DNA of 63,962 nucleotides, taken from the IMG/VR virus record IMGVR_UViG_3300009376_000002. The stretch is one strand, 5' to 3'. The translations under genes were made by a program, and so were the position numbers. Below the pieces are notes generated by a model. The model was not told where the DNA came from. It did not search any database and worked only from the letters and a program-made list of their open reading frames with translations. This document shows, piece after piece, positions 49,819 to 59,964 of the stretch (position 1 is its first letter; each line of letters starts with the position of its first letter). Source of the DNA: an uncultured virus (IMG/VR IMGVR_UViG_3300009376_000002). Lineage: Duplodnaviria; Heunggongvirae; Uroviricota; Caudoviricetes.

Positions 49819-50004
49819 ATGAACGACCAGGAAATTAAGAACCTAATACAGATTAGAAAATACATTATTGAGTGTCACGATAGTCTCGACGGCGCCGGAC
49901 ACCCAACAAGCGCTATGGTAAAACAGTCTGATGTTGCGCATGAATACACACAGCTTGTCAAGATGCTTGACGGTCTACTGAAACCATATGTTAATTTTAA
50001 TTAA
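49819..50004 (+). CDS. Hypothetical protein
   Basis: 61 aa ORF preceded by ATAATTAA. Confidence 0.5.
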   Translation: MNDQEIKNLIQIRKYIIECHDSLDGAGHPTSAMVKQSDVAHEYTQLVKMLDGLLKPYVNFN

Positions 50005-50025
50005 AGCATAGCAGGAGAAAAGAAG

Positions 50026-50409
50026 ATGCCCTCAACCACATCTAGGTCAATGAAAGTGTCAGGAAAGCGCTCCCCAAGAAAACCTGAAGTCGCAAGAGAT
50101 CCCGATCCCTTGCCACAAGACAAGAAGAAAAAGCCTGCAGCCACGAAACCAGCTGCAAAACCTGCAGCTCAGAAGAAGAGCCGCGCCAAAAAGAAAGTAA
50201 CTTCTCCCGAGGATGCTATTCTGATGTCCTCTGCTGTCAATCCTGACCTTGAAAAAGCTGTTAAGCCTAAAAAGAAAGCGCCAGCAAAAGCTTCTACGAA
50301 AAAGGCCACATCTAAGAAATCAGCAGAGAAGAAGCCAGGATCCAAGAAATCTGCCGCGGGGACTAAAGCTAAAAAACGCACAACGAAAAAGTCTTCTAAG
50401 AAGTCATGA
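50026..50409 (+). CDS. Lys/Ala-rich histone H1-like basic protein
   Basis: KPAA and KK repeats. Confidence 0.7.
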   Translation: MPSTTSRSMKVSGKRSPRKPEVARDPDPLPQDKKKKPAATKPAAKPAAQKKSRAKKKVTSPEDAILMSSAVNPDLEKAVKPKKKAPAKASTKKATSKKSAEKKPGSKKSAAGTKAKKRTTKKSSKKS

Positions 50410-50421
50410 TGTGAGAGGTAA

Positions 50422-50889
50422 ATGAAGGTTCAGATTGCTTTTTACAAAGCAGAACCGGAGAATTGGAGAACACGCTTCATCCGATGGTGGACACAGAGTC
50501 CATATTTGCATGCTGAGCTCATTATTCAAGATCACTTTGCAGTCGGCATAAGCCCAGAAGATGACTCAGAAGTGAGAATGAAGCATATTATCATCGACTC
50601 AGACTGGGAAACCCTAGATATTCATCTCGCAGACGATCAGTATTTTAACATCCTGAGATTTTTCGAAAAGACCAAGGGGCAGAAATATGATTGGGTTGGC
50701 ATGCTCCTCTCGCAGTTTACACCTTTTTCTATAAAGCATGATCGAAAATGGTACTGCTCACAGTGGATAGCTCATGCGCTAATGATCGCAGGCGTCTTTC
50801 CAGTCACATATGAAAAGATTACTCCGGCAAAATTACACAGTATGTTGCTGGAGACAAGCCCTGCAGAGATCTCTAAAGATCCCCCTTAG
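50422..50889 (+). CDS. Permuted papain-like NlpC/P60 (YiiX-type) enzyme
   Basis: SPYLHAEL (His), KYDW and WYCSQW (Cys). Confidence 0.7.
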   Translation: MKVQIAFYKAEPENWRTRFIRWWTQSPYLHAELIIQDHFAVGISPEDDSEVRMKHIIIDSDWETLDIHLADDQYFNILRFFEKTKGQKYDWVGMLLSQFTPFSIKHDRKWYCSQWIAHALMIAGVFPVTYEKITPAKLHSMLLETSPAEISKDPP

Positions 50890-50921
50890 GCTCTAAGGGA
50901 TTTACTAGGAATGTTTAGCGG

Positions 50922-51263
50922 ATGAAACTAAGCCTTCACAACCTAAAGCACAAGATTGCCTTTTGGGCTTCAGCAAATCTTAAGCGCCTATGGAAGCGTT
51001 ACGGGCTTCCCTTGTTGATTATCTTCGTTGTGTGGGAGATCATCGAGGACGTCATCTTCCCTTTGATCTTCGCGTGGCTTGGTGCCAATGTTAATCCCGC
51101 TTTCTTTGCAGGTATACCAGTAGCTTGGCTGCTGTGCCTGCACCCTATCGCCGTGCCGCTCATCTGGTGGCTCTACTGCTTCGTTCTACGAAAAGATAAG
51201 TGTGAGCACGGCAAAGCCAAAAATATATGTCAGGAATGCTTATCACATGAAATACGTAGCTGA
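50922..51263 (+). CDS. Membrane protein
   Basis: Two to three hydrophobic helices. Confidence 0.6.
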   Translation: MKLSLHNLKHKIAFWASANLKRLWKRYGLPLLIIFVVWEIIEDVIFPLIFAWLGANVNPAFFAGIPVAWLLCLHPIAVPLIWWLYCFVLRKDKCEHGKAKNICQECLSHEIRS

Positions 51264-53691
51264 TCTTAGTAGCCTCCGCCTCGAAGATATTGACAAGGTG
51301 GGTGGAAAATCCGCATCACTTGGAGAGATGATCCAGGAGCTAACACAGTTAGGGGTCAACATTCCCGGCGGCTTCGCGGTCACTGTTGATGCTTATCGAG
51401 AGTTTATCACTGCTAACGGGCTGGAAGATGAGATACGTCGCCTGATCGGTGAGTGCGATGTTAATGATCTTGTCCAACTTCGAAAGACAGGCTCCCGGAT
51501 CCGTGAGATCATTCGTGAAGGTGAGTTTCCTGAGCACATCCGCGAGGAAATCAAGACCGCCTATCATAACCTGTCGCAGCGTTATGGCAACGAGATCACC
51601 GATGTTGCAGTGCGCTCATCAGCCACAGCAGAAGATCTACCCGATGCATCCTTCGCAGGCCAGCAGGAAACGTTTCTCAATGTTCGTGGCTGGAAAGGCG
51701 TCCTCACCGCGGTGCGAAACTGCTTTGCTTCGCTCTTCACAGACAGGGCGATATCTTATAGGGACAACTTTGGTTACGATCACTTCGATGTAGCTCTGTC
51801 AGCCTGCATCCAGAAGATGGTGCGCTCTGACTTAGGCGCCTCAGGCGTGGCTTTCTCACTGGACACTGAGTCAGGTTTCCCAGATGTTGTCCTAATCAAC
51901 GGCTCCTGGGGATTGGGCGAGATGGTAGTGCAAGGTGCTGTGTCACCTGATGAGTTCTTGGTTTTCAAACCTACCCTCAAGAAAGGCCACTCCTCCATCA
52001 TCGAGAAGAAGATGGGCGAGAAGGATCAAAAGATGATCTACTCAGACAATCCTGGTGACAGGACAAAGATCATCAACACCAACCCTGAGCTAAGAGATAA
52101 CTTCTGCATTCCTGATGAGACAGCTCTGCAGTTGGCTGACTGGGTGTGCAAGATCGAGGATTACTACACAGGCATGAAGGGCCACTGGTGCCCGATGGAT
52201 GTGGAGTGGGCAGTGGACGGACTAAGCGGCAATCTTTACATTGTTCAGGCCCGCCCCGAAACCATACACTCTCAAAAGCGAAAAGATCACTTGGTCGAAT
52301 ATAAGATCAATGATGACAATCGAGAATCGCGCTTGGTCGGGCACGGTGTTGCAGTTGGTGACGGGATTTCTTCTGGGAAGGTGCGCGTCATGTATTCTCT
52401 GGACGGTCGCGATGGCACGATGGACGAGAAAGACTTCGAGGACGGGGATGTGCTGGTCACTGAGATGACCGACCCTGACTGGGAACCCATCATGAAGAAA
52501 GCCTCAGGCATCATCACCAACAAGGGCGGTCGAACCTGTCACGCAGCTATTGTGGCACGAGAGATGGGCATTCCTGCCATCGTGGGTGCAAAAGGCTTGG
52601 ACGGAAAGCCGGGAACCGAGCGTTTAAACACCGGACAAATTGTGACAGTGTCTTGCGCTGAAGGTGATGTGGCGAACATCTACGACGGCATCGTGCTTTA
52701 CGATGTGGAAAAGACAGATCTCGCGGATCTTCCCAAGACAAGAACACCGATCATGATGAACGTTGGCTCGCCCGACCAGGCTTTCAAGTTCTCTTCCATT
52801 CCCAATGCTGGAGTAGGCCTGGCTCGGGAAGAGTTTATCATCAACAACTACATTCAGGCCCACCCACTGGCGCTGCTGCAGCACAGAGACATGGATGACC
52901 CTGAGCTGACCGAGAAGATTGAAGCACTGACGCAAGGCTATGACGATGAAGAAACGTTCTTCGTGAAGCGCCTTTCCTACGGTATTGCCAAAATCGGAGC
53001 AGCCTTCTATCCCAATGAAGTTATCGTACGCTTCAGCGATTTCAAATCCAATGAGTATCGAGGCTTGCTAGGTGGTGAGCACTTTGAACCTGAGGAAGAG
53101 AACCCAATGCTCGGTTGGCGCGGTGCGTCACGCTACTACTCCCCGGAATACCGAGAAGCATTTGGCTTGGAGTGCAAAGCGATCCGTCGAGTCAGAGAAA
53201 AGATGGGATTGAAGAACGTCACAGTGATGATCCCTTTCTGCAGGACAGTTGGGGAGCTTCATAAAGTTTATGATGTCATGAAAGTGTACGGCTTGGAACG
53301 AGGCAAAGAAGATCTTCGTGTGTTCTTGATGGCAGAGCTACCTTCCAACGTGATCATGGCGACAGAGTTTGCCAAGCATGTGGACGGATTCTCGATTGGT
53401 AGCAATGATCTTACGCAGCTTACCCTAGGGCTTGACAGAGATTCTGAGCTTGTCCAGCACTTGTACGACGAGAGAGATCAAGCAGTAAAGACGATGCTGT
53501 CAATGGTGATCTGTCAAGGCAAGGCATCCGGCGTGAAGGTTGGAATATGTGGTCAAGGACCATCTGACTTTCCGGACCTGGCACAGTTCCTGGTCGAGCA
53601 AGAGATAGACTCTATCTCAGTTACTCCTGACAGCGTGCTTAAAACAACACGCGCCATTTATGAGATAGAAAATACTGAAATAATCCGATAG
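51247..53691 (+). CDS. ppsA: Phosphoenolpyruvate synthase (pyruvate, water dikinase)
   Basis: VGGKSASLGEM, RSSATAED, QARPET, GGRTCHAAI and GFSIGSNDLTQL. Confidence 0.95.
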   Translation: MKYVADLSSLRLEDIDKVGGKSASLGEMIQELTQLGVNIPGGFAVTVDAYREFITANGLEDEIRRLIGECDVNDLVQLRKTGSRIREIIREGEFPEHIREEIKTAYHNLSQRYGNEITDVAVRSSATAEDLPDASFAGQQETFLNVRGWKGVLTAVRNCFASLFTDRAISYRDNFGYDHFDVALSACIQKMVRSDLGASGVAFSLDTESGFPDVVLINGSWGLGEMVVQGAVSPDEFLVFKPTLKKGHSSIIEKKMGEKDQKMIYSDNPGDRTKIINTNPELRDNFCIPDETALQLADWVCKIEDYYTGMKGHWCPMDVEWAVDGLSGNLYIVQARPETIHSQKRKDHLVEYKINDDNRESRLVGHGVAVGDGISSGKVRVMYSLDGRDGTMDEKDFEDGDVLVTEMTDPDWEPIMKKASGIITNKGGRTCHAAIVAREMGIPAIVGAKGLDGKPGTERLNTGQIVTVSCAEGDVANIYDGIVLYDVEKTDLADLPKTRTPIMMNVGSPDQAFKFSSIPNAGVGLAREEFIINNYIQAHPLALLQHRDMDDPELTEKIEALTQGYDDEETFFVKRLSYGIAKIGAAFYPNEVIVRFSDFKSNEYRGLLGGEHFEPEEENPMLGWRGASRYYSPEYREAFGLECKAIRRVREKMGLKNVTVMIPFCRTVGELHKVYDVMKVYGLERGKEDLRVFLMAELPSNVIMATEFAKHVDGFSIGSNDLTQLTLGLDRDSELVQHLYDERDQAVKTMLSMVICQGKASGVKVGICGQGPSDFPDLAQFLVEQEIDSISVTPDSVLKTTRAIYEIENTEIIR

Positions 53692-53751
53692 AACGACAGC
53701 TGAGTATAATGCTGTAGTCTAAGACATAGTTATTAATAACTGTGAGGTCAA

Positions 53752-55587
53752 ATGAGAAGATTTCGTCTCGGTAACACACCACCACAAACTCTTGCGATCT
53801 GGGCGCTAGCGCTCGGGCTGATCTTTATTTTGATAGCGCTCCCTGGCGCTCCGCGCAACCAAGCAAGACACGTTAGCTATACTGAAATGATCCAGTATGT
53901 CAAGGAGCTTCCTTCTGATAGGGAGGGCTCTGCAAAGCTTATCATTAGCGGAGACAAGTGGGAGCTGCACCAGAAAGACGACCCGCTTGTCATAAAGACA
54001 ACTGGGCCTGTCACCGAAAGCCTTCTAGAGCTAGCTCAAAAACAGCATCCAGGATTGCGCTTGGTTATCAAGCCCGCAGAGCCACCATCTGCCTTTTGGT
54101 CGTTAATTATTGCCATCTTACCTTTCCTCTTCCTTGGCTTGCTGTTTTGGTTCTTCATGCGAGGCATGATGAAAGGGCAGGGAAGAGCTATGGACTTCAA
54201 CAAGAGCAAACATACTCTGATGGCACCAGGGGAGAATGACAAGCGCTTCACTGACGTTGCGGGTTGTGATGAAGCCAAGCAAGATCTGGAAGAGATAGTT
54301 GAATATCTCAGAGAGCCTGCTAAGTTCTACAAGATCGGTGCTAAGCTTCCAAAAGGTATGCTTCTAGTCGGCCCACCAGGCACAGGCAAGACACTGCTGG
54401 CGAAGGCACTGGCTGGCGAAGCAGGTGTGCACTTCCTCACTATCTCAGGTTCCGACTTTGTGGAGATGTTTGTAGGTGTTGGCGCCGCGCGCGTACGCGA
54501 TCTATTTAAAGACGCTTCCTCTTTCGCACCCGCCATTGTTTTCATCGACGAGATCGATGCCGTAGGCCGCCAACGAGGTGCAGGTATGGGCGGAGGCCAC
54601 GACGAACGTGAGCAGACACTCAATCAGCTCCTGGTGGAGATGGACGGTTTCGCTGAGAACAGTGGTATCATTGTCCTAGCCGCATCTAACCGACCCGATG
54701 TCCTGGATCCTGCCCTGCTCAGGCCCGGTCGCTTCGATCGTCGTGTAACTGTTGGACGCCCTGACATAAAAGGCCGCGCAGAGATCCTGAGAATACATCT
54801 GAGGGACATTCCTCTGTCCCCGTTGGTGGATATTCAAGTTGTGGCTCGTTCCACACCAGGAATGACAGGAGCAGATTTAGCTAATCTGTGCAACGAGGCA
54901 GCACTCGCTGCAGCCCGGGAAAGCCGTGAAAAGGTGGAGCCGCAAGATTTTGAGCTAGCTCGAGACAAGGTCACGATGGGATCTCCTCGCAAGTCGATGG
55001 TGATGTCCGACGAGCAGAAGCTGGCGACCGCCCGACATGAAGCCGGTCATACTGTCGTAGCTTTCCACACCAAAACGTCAGATCCCTTGCACAAGGTGAC
55101 CATCATTCCACACGGAGGTGCCTTGGGATTGACGATGCAGTTACCCGAAGAGGACAAGTATTGCGCCACTCAGGAAGAGTATGAGGACAGGATCAAGGTG
55201 CTGCTGGGCGGATATCTGGCCGAGAAGATGTACTACGGTGACAAAGGATCTACTACAGGTGTAAAGAATGACCTGCAAAGAGCCAAAGCGATCGCAGCTG
55301 GCATGGTTAAAGAGTTTGGCATGTCTGAGCTTGGACCAATCTACAACTCCTCAGGAAATGACAATGTGTTCTTGGGCAGAGAGATGTCTATGTCTAGGAG
55401 AGGTGATATCAGTGAAGAGGTATCGTCTTCAATTGACCGTGAAATCAGAAGCATTATTGAGGCATGCATGGATAAGGCCAAGGGCATCTTGCTGCACAAC
55501 AAGATCGCAATGGACAAGCTCGTGGATGATCTAATGGAGCATGAGACATTAAACGCCGAGCAGATCAGCGAAGTATTATCCAGCTAA
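53752..55587 (+). CDS. ftsH: ATP-dependent zinc metalloprotease FtsH
   Basis: Two TM helices, [21 protein letters not shown] and HEAGH. Confidence 0.95.
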   Translation: MRRFRLGNTPPQTLAIWALALGLIFILIALPGAPRNQARHVSYTEMIQYVKELPSDREGSAKLIISGDKWELHQKDDPLVIKTTGPVTESLLELAQKQHPGLRLVIKPAEPPSAFWSLIIAILPFLFLGLLFWFFMRGMMKGQGRAMDFNKSKHTLMAPGENDKRFTDVAGCDEAKQDLEEIVEYLREPAKFYKIGAKLPKGMLLVGPPGTGKTLLAKALAGEAGVHFLTISGSDFVEMFVGVGAARVRDLFKDASSFAPAIVFIDEIDAVGRQRGAGMGGGHDEREQTLNQLLVEMDGFAENSGIIVLAASNRPDVLDPALLRPGRFDRRVTVGRPDIKGRAEILRIHLRDIPLSPLVDIQVVARSTPGMTGADLANLCNEAALAAARESREKVEPQDFELARDKVTMGSPRKSMVMSDEQKLATARHEAGHTVVAFHTKTSDPLHKVTIIPHGGALGLTMQLPEEDKYCATQEEYEDRIKVLLGGYLAEKMYYGDKGSTTGVKNDLQRAKAIAAGMVKEFGMSELGPIYNSSGNDNVFLGREMSMSRRGDISEEVSSSIDREIRSIIEACMDKAKGILLHNKIAMDKLVDDLMEHETLNAEQISEVLSS

Positions 55588-55592
55588 CATTT

Positions 55593-55680
55593 GGAGAGTT
55601 GACCGAGAGGCCGATGGTGGTCGCCTGGAACGCGGCTGTAGAGCAATCTACCGAGGGTTCGAATCCCTCACTCTCCTCCA
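55593..55680 (+). tRNA. tRNA-Ser(GGA)
   Basis: Acceptor stem GGAGAGT/ACTCTCC, anticodon GGA at 55627-55629, long variable arm, GTTCGAATC T-loop, encoded CCA. Confidence 0.9.
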
Positions 55681-55740
55681 TATACAATCCGGATAGCTTT
55701 GTGTATCTTTAAAAGCTACCTTTATAATGCGACTGGAGAT

Positions 55741-56565
55741 ATGTTGAAGAAGATTAATCTTAATCAAATCGAAGTGATTACCATTTTAGGTATTTTGTCT
55801 TGTGTTGCACTAATACTAATGTTTGCAACTGGCTGTGCTAAACAACCAGAGGTTACTGACGTAGTTCCATCCCCATCAGCGTTCGAAAAGAGAATGGCTT
55901 CTGAGTATGAAGGAACTGTGGTTCCTGCCGCGAGGCTTAATCGAGCTGAGCGCAGAGGGCGAGCAGGTGCAGTCAAGGTTTTTACCCCGGGCTCCGGTCG
56001 CGGCAGTGGGTGCTATGTGACTTACAAGGGTGCCCATCTAGTTGTAACTGCAGCCCATGTATTTGATGATTCTTCCGCCAATTGGGTGTGGGTCGTCAGG
56101 GGAGGCAAGAAAATCAAAGCCCACCCGGTCTATTTTGACAAGGGTGAAGATATCGGTCTGCTTGCCACCAAGCCTATGGACATGGTGACACCTACAAAAC
56201 TAAACGTTAGAACCCCTTACCCGCCTGTAGGGGAAGAATTAACATACTCAGGTTATCCCGGTCGACATGATTTACTGACCATTCGAGGCGAGGTTGTAGG
56301 ATATCAAAAAATCTGGGACCAGAGAGAAAAGATTGTAATCCATACCTATGGCTGGCCAGGAGCATCTGGCTCTTGCTTCTTTGATAAGCGGGGAAGGATG
56401 GCAGGCGTCCTCGTTGCTATACCGATCGGCCGAGGATATGTGCCCCAGCTTTTGGAAAGCATGATCTTTGCAACTCCAATCAAAGTCTTAGATCTGGACA
56501 AGCTGGATAAGAATCTTTGCACACTGCAACCTGATATTCGCCCTAGCTTCTGTTCGAAAAAGTAA
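55741..56565 (+). CDS. Trypsin-like serine protease, probable lipoprotein
   Basis: ATGC lipobox-like motif; TAAHV, D and GASGS catalytic triad. Confidence 0.85.
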   Translation: MLKKINLNQIEVITILGILSCVALILMFATGCAKQPEVTDVVPSPSAFEKRMASEYEGTVVPAARLNRAERRGRAGAVKVFTPGSGRGSGCYVTYKGAHLVVTAAHVFDDSSANWVWVVRGGKKIKAHPVYFDKGEDIGLLATKPMDMVTPTKLNVRTPYPPVGEELTYSGYPGRHDLLTIRGEVVGYQKIWDQREKIVIHTYGWPGASGSCFFDKRGRMAGVLVAIPIGRGYVPQLLESMIFATPIKVLDLDKLDKNLCTLQPDIRPSFCSKK

Positions 56566-56915
56566 TGTTCAAGGTAATACTTCTTCTCGCTGGTCTTCCT
56601 TTCTTTCATCCGGAGAAAGAGATTAAGTGCCCGAAGTATATGCCTGGATCAAACATTCCTGTACCCAACGGTGTTGTATTTCAATACACGCGCGAGCAGT
56701 GGCGAAACAACCAGATGAGATGCTACTGTGAGACTGTTAAGCATGTTGAAGACATGTGCATTCGAGCAGGATATAATAAGTCACGATGTGTCGCAAAAAC
56801 AAACGTGTGGATACAAGAGAACTTTCCCGTAATCCCTAATCCAGATGGAGGCGGAGGCAATAATGAAAGAGATGGCCGCGCAAACTTTATCCTTAACATC
56901 AGGACCGTTCCGTAA
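56565..56915 (+). CDS. Cys-rich putative secreted protein
   Basis: Short hydrophobic N-terminus and five Cys. Confidence 0.5.
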   Translation: MFKVILLLAGLPFFHPEKEIKCPKYMPGSNIPVPNGVVFQYTREQWRNNQMRCYCETVKHVEDMCIRAGYNKSRCVAKTNVWIQENFPVIPNPDGGGGNNERDGRANFILNIRTVP

Positions 56916-57333
56916 GCGAGGAATGGCGCTCGCCATCACTCTGATGATGCTCGTGGTTATCTCCATGAGCGCAGTGATGCTGTGGAATAGTACTTATTTA
57001 GAGACTCTAATTGCAGGCAATCGACGCAGAGCGATGCATGCAAAACACTCAGCAATGTCAGGTATCAACCACTTCATGGCGATGAAAGTTTACGACTCCG
57101 ACGTTCGAAATATGCTGGGTGATCGAAGCAAGGGTGAGCTTATAGAGCTTACTCATATCCCGGGAACGAAGCAATTCTATAAAGTAGAAGTCAGTACTTG
57201 CTGCGACCGCAATGGGCAAATTTTACCTGAAGATATGTTCAGAGTGATCTCCACGGGTTATTATGGAACCAAACCTAATGTGATGGCCGAATCTGTTGTC
57301 GAGGCCTTCATTCAAACTAGAGAAGAGAGATAA
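56863..57333 (+). CDS. PilX-like minor type IV pilin
   Basis: RKRG-MALAITLMMLVVISM prepilin-like cleavage site; A...A.SG; C-terminal FRVISTG...SVVEA. Confidence 0.7.
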   Translation: MKEMAAQTLSLTSGPFRKRGMALAITLMMLVVISMSAVMLWNSTYLETLIAGNRRRAMHAKHSAMSGINHFMAMKVYDSDVRNMLGDRSKGELIELTHIPGTKQFYKVEVSTCCDRNGQILPEDMFRVISTGYYGTKPNVMAESVVEAFIQTREER

Positions 57334-57334
57334 C

Positions 57335-58174
57335 GTGAATCAAATTGAAATCAAGCTGCTGCCCTGGTATTACCACTTATGTGAGTACTATGGTGTTTCC
57401 CCTGAACAAGCCCTAAAACTCGGCACTAGATCTAATGGTCGCAAACCTAGTCTTCCTGGGTCTTCAACGTGCCAAGCAGTTTCTGACATGACACTTGAGG
57501 ATATCTGGGAAAGCCGGGAAAGAAAATCCATAGAAGACGTGTTCCAGTTTTATAAAGACCAGGGATCTTGGAGTACTTTTAGGCAGTGTGTCCGGCACAA
57601 AGATCTGATCCAGCTGCACATGTCGCTTTTATCACAAACTGTGCCTCTAGGCGGTCACGTTTGTGAGTACGGATCCGGAGTTGCACCTTACATGAATACT
57701 TTATTGCAAGCAGTACCCGCAGATTCACAGCTAGATGTCTCTATTGTTGATGTTGATTGTGAACATTTTACTTTCGGTCAGTGGCGCCTGAATGACATTA
57801 AGGAAAAGAGAGGCATGACTAATGTGTCCATACAGGCACATGAAGCTCAAGTTGACTCTCTTCCTACTTTTCACAAGCCGCTCGACGCCGCGTTTTTGTT
57901 TGAAGTTATTGAGCATACTCCAGATCCAGTCGCTCTGATATCTAACTTGCACGCACAGATGAATCCAGGAGCATGTCTGGTTGAGAACTTCATCCTGGCG
58001 AATGACGTCTTAGATGCGCCTGAGTTTGATGGGCCTGACCTGAGGTCTGCAGCTTTGCTTAGAGATGATTATCTAAGCTTCATAAAAGATAATTTTGTTC
58101 TCCTCAGCGATGCTGATCCCGACCAAAGTTTTAAAGAGAATCCTAACGCTACCCGCGCCTGGAGAAAGAAGTAG
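57335..58174 (+). CDS. Class I SAM-dependent methyltransferase
   Basis: VCEYGSGVAP, VDVD and FEVIEH. Confidence 0.75.
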   Translation: MNQIEIKLLPWYYHLCEYYGVSPEQALKLGTRSNGRKPSLPGSSTCQAVSDMTLEDIWESRERKSIEDVFQFYKDQGSWSTFRQCVRHKDLIQLHMSLLSQTVPLGGHVCEYGSGVAPYMNTLLQAVPADSQLDVSIVDVDCEHFTFGQWRLNDIKEKRGMTNVSIQAHEAQVDSLPTFHKPLDAAFLFEVIEHTPDPVALISNLHAQMNPGACLVENFILANDVLDAPEFDGPDLRSAALLRDDYLSFIKDNFVLLSDADPDQSFKENPNATRAWRKK

Positions 58175-58177
58175 CCA

Positions 58178-58726
58178 TTGAACATCTTTGTCCTTGATCG
58201 AGATCCTGAGATCGCAGCCAAATACCACTGCAACAAGCACGTCGTGAAGATGATCTTGGAAAGTGGGCAAATGCTGTGCGGTGCTCACTGGCTCTCATTC
58301 CTGCATAAGAACGGCAAGGATCTTAAATCTTTCAAGAGGGTGCGTGATGCGCAAGCTTGGTTGTGGGAGAACATGCCCAAGCACAAGCAACCACCCTGGA
58401 AACTGTCACACGCCAACCACCCATGCTCAGCCTGGACGAGAGAGTCAAAAGACAACTACCGCTGGCACTGTGAGCTTGGGCTGGAGCTGTGTGCTGAATA
58501 CACCCGGCGCTACGGTAAGATCCACAAGTCAGAACAGCTTCACAACTGGCTGACCGACAATGTGCCTGACATTCCTGATATCGGTCGCACTGAGCATCCA
58601 GCATGCATGCCTGATGAGTGCAAGGTCGATAGCGTGGTGGAGTCATATAAGAACTACTACCGCGAATACAAGAAGCGCCTTGCAGTGTGGGAACCCAGGG
58701 CAACTACCCCATCGTGGTTTGTGTAA
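58178..58726 (+). CDS. Pyrimidine dimer DNA glycosylase/endonuclease V-like protein
   Basis: MNIFVLD.DP, KHVVKMILE..QML, NHPC..W and EY..RY.K.H. Confidence 0.8.
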   Translation: MNIFVLDRDPEIAAKYHCNKHVVKMILESGQMLCGAHWLSFLHKNGKDLKSFKRVRDAQAWLWENMPKHKQPPWKLSHANHPCSAWTRESKDNYRWHCELGLELCAEYTRRYGKIHKSEQLHNWLTDNVPDIPDIGRTEHPACMPDECKVDSVVESYKNYYREYKKRLAVWEPRATTPSWFV

Positions 58727-58748
58727 ATCACAGGGAAATTGATATAAT
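58721..58748 (+). promoter_or_regulatory. Promoter GTGTAA-N16-TATAAT driving the small-ORF array
   Basis: Extended -10 (TG), followed by a GGAGG RBS. Confidence 0.65.
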
Positions 58749-58765
58749 AGTTTTGGAGGAATACC

Positions 58766-58942
58766 TTGCCACGCGAACCTAAGTTCAAGACGGGAGACAC
58801 TGTCACCGCACGCTACGGAAAGAAAGTAATCAGATCTGCAGAGATCATGGCTTATAACAAGAATAACAACTACTACTGGCTCAAGATTAATGAAGAGTTT
58901 ATGTGGTTGCCAGAATGCACTCTGATACTCAACAAGGTCTAA
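58766..58942 (+). CDS. Small GDLV-family protein, 58 aa (not in the ORF track)
   Basis: TTG start after GGAGG; FKTGDTVTA. Confidence 0.6.
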   Translation: MPREPKFKTGDTVTARYGKKVIRSAEIMAYNKNNNYYWLKINEEFMWLPECTLILNKV

Positions 58943-59116
58943 ATGGATATTCCGCACTTAATGCCTGGCATGCTTGTCCGGACTAATATTCTAGAGCTTG
59001 AGACTGTGTGCGGAACTCCGGGCAAGATCATTGAATATGACGGAAAAGGCTTCTACAAGATTGATTTTTCGGGAATGATTAGGACTATACATTACAAGGG
59101 ATTAATAGGATGGTGA
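58943..59116 (+). CDS. Small GDLV-family protein, 57 aa (not in the ORF track)
   Basis: LMPGMLVRT...GKII. Confidence 0.55.
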   Translation: MDIPHLMPGMLVRTNILELETVCGTPGKIIEYDGKGFYKIDFSGMIRTIHYKGLIGW

Positions 59117-59412
59117 AGCCACCGGGCAGAAAAATCCAGTTGCGCCCACTGAATCTTAATGCAGGAGATCTCGTAAAGTATGTCGCCGTAAGAGGCTTCA
59201 ACAGTATGTCAGGCAAGAAGGGCTTTGTCATCAAGAAGACGCAGTCCCGCTCGCCCCACCGGACAGATGTGTATCTAGTAAAGTTTCAGAACGAGGATCC
59301 AAGCGAAGTTGATGAGAGATGGTTGCAGAGAATATTTAGCAACGAGGATGTGAGCAATGATAATCTGCATATGCAACGTGATCAGCGACAAGGACATTCG
59401 GAAAGCGATTGA
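59110..59412 (+). CDS. Small GDLV-family protein
   Basis: LNAGDLVKY...GFVI...YLVKF. Confidence 0.55.
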   Translation: MVKPPGRKIQLRPLNLNAGDLVKYVAVRGFNSMSGKKGFVIKKTQSRSPHRTDVYLVKFQNEDPSEVDERWLQRIFSNEDVSNDNLHMQRDQRQGHSESD

Positions 59413-59548
59413 TGATGGAGCCTCTGATTTCAATGAGTTCGCTAAGAAGTCAGGCATAGGAGATGACTGCGGAAGTTGTCACAAGTTTGCGCGCACATTT
59501 TTTGAAAAGTACTATGTTAAACAAGTTCAACCCCGGCGATCTCGTTAG
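59357..59548 (+). CDS. bfd: Bacterioferritin-associated ferredoxin (Bfd-like [2Fe-2S])
   Basis: MIICICN...I..AI...G..CGSC. Confidence 0.8.
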   Translation: MIICICNVISDKDIRKAIDDGASDFNEFAKKSGIGDDCGSCHKFARTFFEKYYVKQVQPRRSR

Positions 59549-59690
59549 AATAAAAAAGCACTGTAAAATAGGCGGCCAAGTCGGTATAATCTTTAAGAGT
59601 TATTACGGCATGGAACATGACCTCTTGATGTCATCAGGTCAGAAGATCCGGGCTCTTGAAATGAATATTGAGCCTGTTAATGAAAGCTAG
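59514..59690 (+). CDS. Small GDLV-family protein
   Basis: FNPGDLVRI. Confidence 0.55.
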   Translation: MLNKFNPGDLVRIKKHCKIGGQVGIIFKSYYGMEHDLLMSSGQKIRALEMNIEPVNES

Positions 59691-59964
59691 CGGATGGAAG
59701 TATGCGATGATCTTAGTAGACATCGATGAGTTCGATCAAGAAGTGTGCCAGCTTTCAGAGCTTTACAATATAGAGGGTTCCCCTGCATTTTGCAAGACTG
59801 ATCTTCTCTCTTCATGGGAGTTGATGCAAGCTGCTAAAGACGTCCAGCGAGACGGCGTCAATCGATGGTTTTATGAGAACGGAACTTTCTCGTGGGAGAA
59901 AGAAGAAGGAATGAGCAAGTATTCTTGGGACTGGGCTCCCAATGAAACGGGAAATAATGAGTAA
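59680..59964 (+). CDS. Hypothetical protein
   Basis: Coupled ORF. Confidence 0.55.
   Translation: MKASGWKYAMILVDIDEFDQEVCQLSELYNIEGSPAFCKTDLLSSWELMQAAKDVQRDGVNRWFYENGTFSWEKEEGMSKYSWDWAPNETGNNE

Noticed and set aside
55593..55680. Suppressor tRNA or stop-codon recoding
   Set aside because: The anticodon is GGA (Ser). Conserved genes are full length in the standard code, and TAA, TAG and TGA all act as stops.
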